From contig CAXXFL010000007.1 in the NCBI GenBank assembly GCA_963674965.2, positions 345,034 to 409,033 on the forward strand: a DNA stretch of 64,000 bases, read 5' to 3'. The notes below the pieces were generated by a model that made no database searches, had not been told where the DNA came from, and worked only from the letters and a program-made list of their open reading frames with translations. This stretch comes from a bacterium. Lineage in GTDB: Bacteria > RBG-13-61-14 > DATKZS01. How positions within the stretch are numbered: the first letter of the stretch is position 1; each line of letters begins with the position of its first letter. Positions 62,695 to 64,000 of the stretch are shown here, one piece after another. A program made the position numbers and the translations under genes.

Positions 62695-64000
62695 TCAGGG
62701 CTTGGCGACCGTTACTCCCTCGAATTTTCCCTCATCGATCTCGCAGACCCGGCCCCCGTCCAGGACCAGGCTTCCCTCCAGCTTGCCCAGGATGTTGCCC
62801 TCGTAGATCACGCCGAGACCTGCCGCCGCGGCCTCTCCGCCGTTGACGATGAAGCTGACGGTCATGAAGTCGCTCCGTACCATGCCGGTGAAGAAGTAAT
62901 TATTGCCGTGCTGGTCCGCGGGCGAGTCGGTAAGGGACGACTGAAAGATTATGCCCGACTGCTCGACCGTGATGGTGTCCCCCGTGGCGGTGGTCAGCTC
63001 GAGCTTGAAGCCGGGGTCTTCGCCGGCCCCGAGGGGCGGGTCGCAGGCGACGGCGTCCCCCGAGAAGGTCAAGGTCCAGAAGTCCTCTGAAAAGTCCGAG
63101 CCGTCGGTCTCGTGCCTTCCCGCCAGGAACTCTCCCTTTTCCTCGCAGTTGCCGTCCTTGCTGAGGCCGGTGAAAATCCCCGCGGCCGACCCGGGCCACT
63201 GCTCGGTGGCGGCGAAGGAGGTGTAGAAGTCCGTGTAGTTGGCCTCCCATATCTGGAAGTTGTAAATGGCCAGGTCGGGAAGATAGCCGGCGGTCCTGCC
63301 GTCCACCACGTCCTCGAGGCCGGTCTTGCCCTCCATGGAGATAATCATTCCCTTCATGCCGCGCCTGGCGCCTCCCGCGAACCGGGCCGAGTAGGAACCC
63401 TCGAGCGCCCCGTTGGCCGAGACGCAGAGGCTGCCCACCTCCCAGTCCGGCCCCCTGGCCTCGAAGAGCGCGGCGAGGGGCGCGGCGGGCCAGCACCCAC
63501 CGCCCGGGCCGGCCTCGAAGCCCTCGGTGAAAACGGTCGTTCCCGCCACCGCCAGCGAGACCTGGTCCACCACCGCGGACTCTCCAACCTCGGAGAGCCC
63601 GGCGATGAAGTCCACCCGGATGAACGGATATGACGCGGCAAAGGTCAGGCTAACCTCCCGGTCCCCCGAGCTCATGGCGTCTCCCCTCAGGTACTCGAGG
63701 TCCAGGTTGTCGGCCCCGTTTTGCGCGATGACCCGGAAGAAATCCCCTCCGTCCCCGTCGGCCGAGACGGACCTCCTATAGGACAGGGTGATAGTATCGC
63801 CCACGCCGATTACCGGCTGGGTAAGGTAGAGGCTGAGCGCGTGCTGCTCGGGTATGACGGCGCTGATGGAATTGGAGGACTGTTCTATGTCCACCGAGTA
63901 CAGATAGCCGTTCTGGCCCATGTTCATCTCGAGACCCAGGGAAGGGCCGTTAACGGCCCCCGCCAGGACGGAACCGTCGCAGGAGCCGCTTTGGCAAAGG
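62695..64000 (-). CDS. Large protein of unknown function, C-terminal part (gene runs off the right edge)
   Basis: The track lists 62695..63927 from an internal Met. The frame stays open from 63928 to 63999 (...LCQSGSCDGSVLAGAVNGPSLGLE-MNMGQ), so the start is outside the window. Gly/Asp/Ser-rich beta-type sequence. Confidence 0.65.
   Translation of the reverse strand, partial: LCQSGSCDGSVLAGAVNGPSLGLEMNMGQNGYLYSVDIEQSSNSISAVIPEQHALSLYLTQPVIGVGDTITLSYRRSVSADGDGGDFFRVIAQNGADNLDLEYLRGDAMSSGDREVSLTFAASYPFIRVDFIAGLSEVGESAVVDQVSLAVAGTTVFTEGFEAGPGGGCWPAAPLAALFEARGPDWEVGSLCVSANGALEGSYSARFAGGARRGMKGMIISMEGKTGLEDVVDGRTAGYLPDLAIYNFQIWEANYTDFYTSFAATEQWPGSAAGIFTGLSKDGNCEEKGEFLAGRHETDGSDFSEDFWTLTFSGDAVACDPPLGAGEDPGFKLELTTATGDTITVEQSGIIFQSSLTDSPADQHGNNYFFTGMVRSDFMTVSFIVNGGEAAAAGLGVIYEGNILGKLEGSLVLDGGRVCEIDEGKFEGVTVAKP

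Noticed and set aside
1-64000. Search for tRNA, rRNA, CRISPR arrays, transposases, integrases, toxin-antitoxin pairs or recognisable defence-system genes.
   Set aside because: I found none on reading the intergenic regions and the ORF track. The scan was by eye only, so small or atypical RNAs could be missed.

Overview
About 64 kb of high-GC chromosomal DNA (roughly 60% by eye) from a diderm (Gram-negative) bacterium. The pilB-pilT-pilC-pilS-pilR order resembles Geobacter and Myxococcus, but that lineage call is inference only. I support about 50 protein-coding genes, most on the minus strand and many joined by 4-nt ATGA overlaps. The six-frame track also holds many long Arg/Gly/Pro/His-rich ORFs antisense to real genes; these are typical high-GC artefacts and I ignored them. 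I found no rRNA, tRNA, CRISPR array, transposase, integrase or phage gene.

Modules, left to right:
- 1-8.4 kb: a co-directional cluster of an OYE-type flavin reductase, two paralogous secreted proteins, a Tat-exported Cys-type sulfatase, a coupled acyl-CoA dehydrogenase (ACAD) pair and a polytopic membrane protein.
- 8.6-10.7 kb: an OprC-like TonB-dependent copper receptor.
- 10.9-18.6 kb: a B12/radical-SAM enzyme, a parvulin PPIase lipoprotein, an aminotransferase, a GT39 glycosyltransferase and a rhomboid protease.
- 18.7-22.5 kb: exbB-exbD-ftsB and a GGDEF cyclase.
- 23.7-25.8 kb: a stand-alone EF-G paralog.
- 26-27.3 kb: a frameshifted triple-repeat protein.
- 28.6-36 kb: pilBTCSR with no pilin gene.
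- 36.3-43.3 kb: tandem CNNM/CorC transporters, thiL, lon and hsp20.
- 44.6-47.9 kb: a lower-GC, very AT-rich island.
- 47.9-60.6 kb: a sigma-54 activator next to a ten-gene operon. The operon combines a PanE-like 2-oxoacid reductase, two acyl-CoA ligases, a 2-hydroxyacyl-CoA-dehydratase-like pair with no activase, a four-subunit 2-oxoacid:ferredoxin oxidoreductase (OFOR) and a DUF362 protein. I consider this the best candidate for an undescribed metabolic system.
- 60.6-64 kb: a structured 566-bp leader region, a degenerate pilin-like gene and two proteins of unknown function.

All family calls come from motifs recognised by eye and from memory, with no searches run. Coordinates of short motifs may be off by 1-2 nt.
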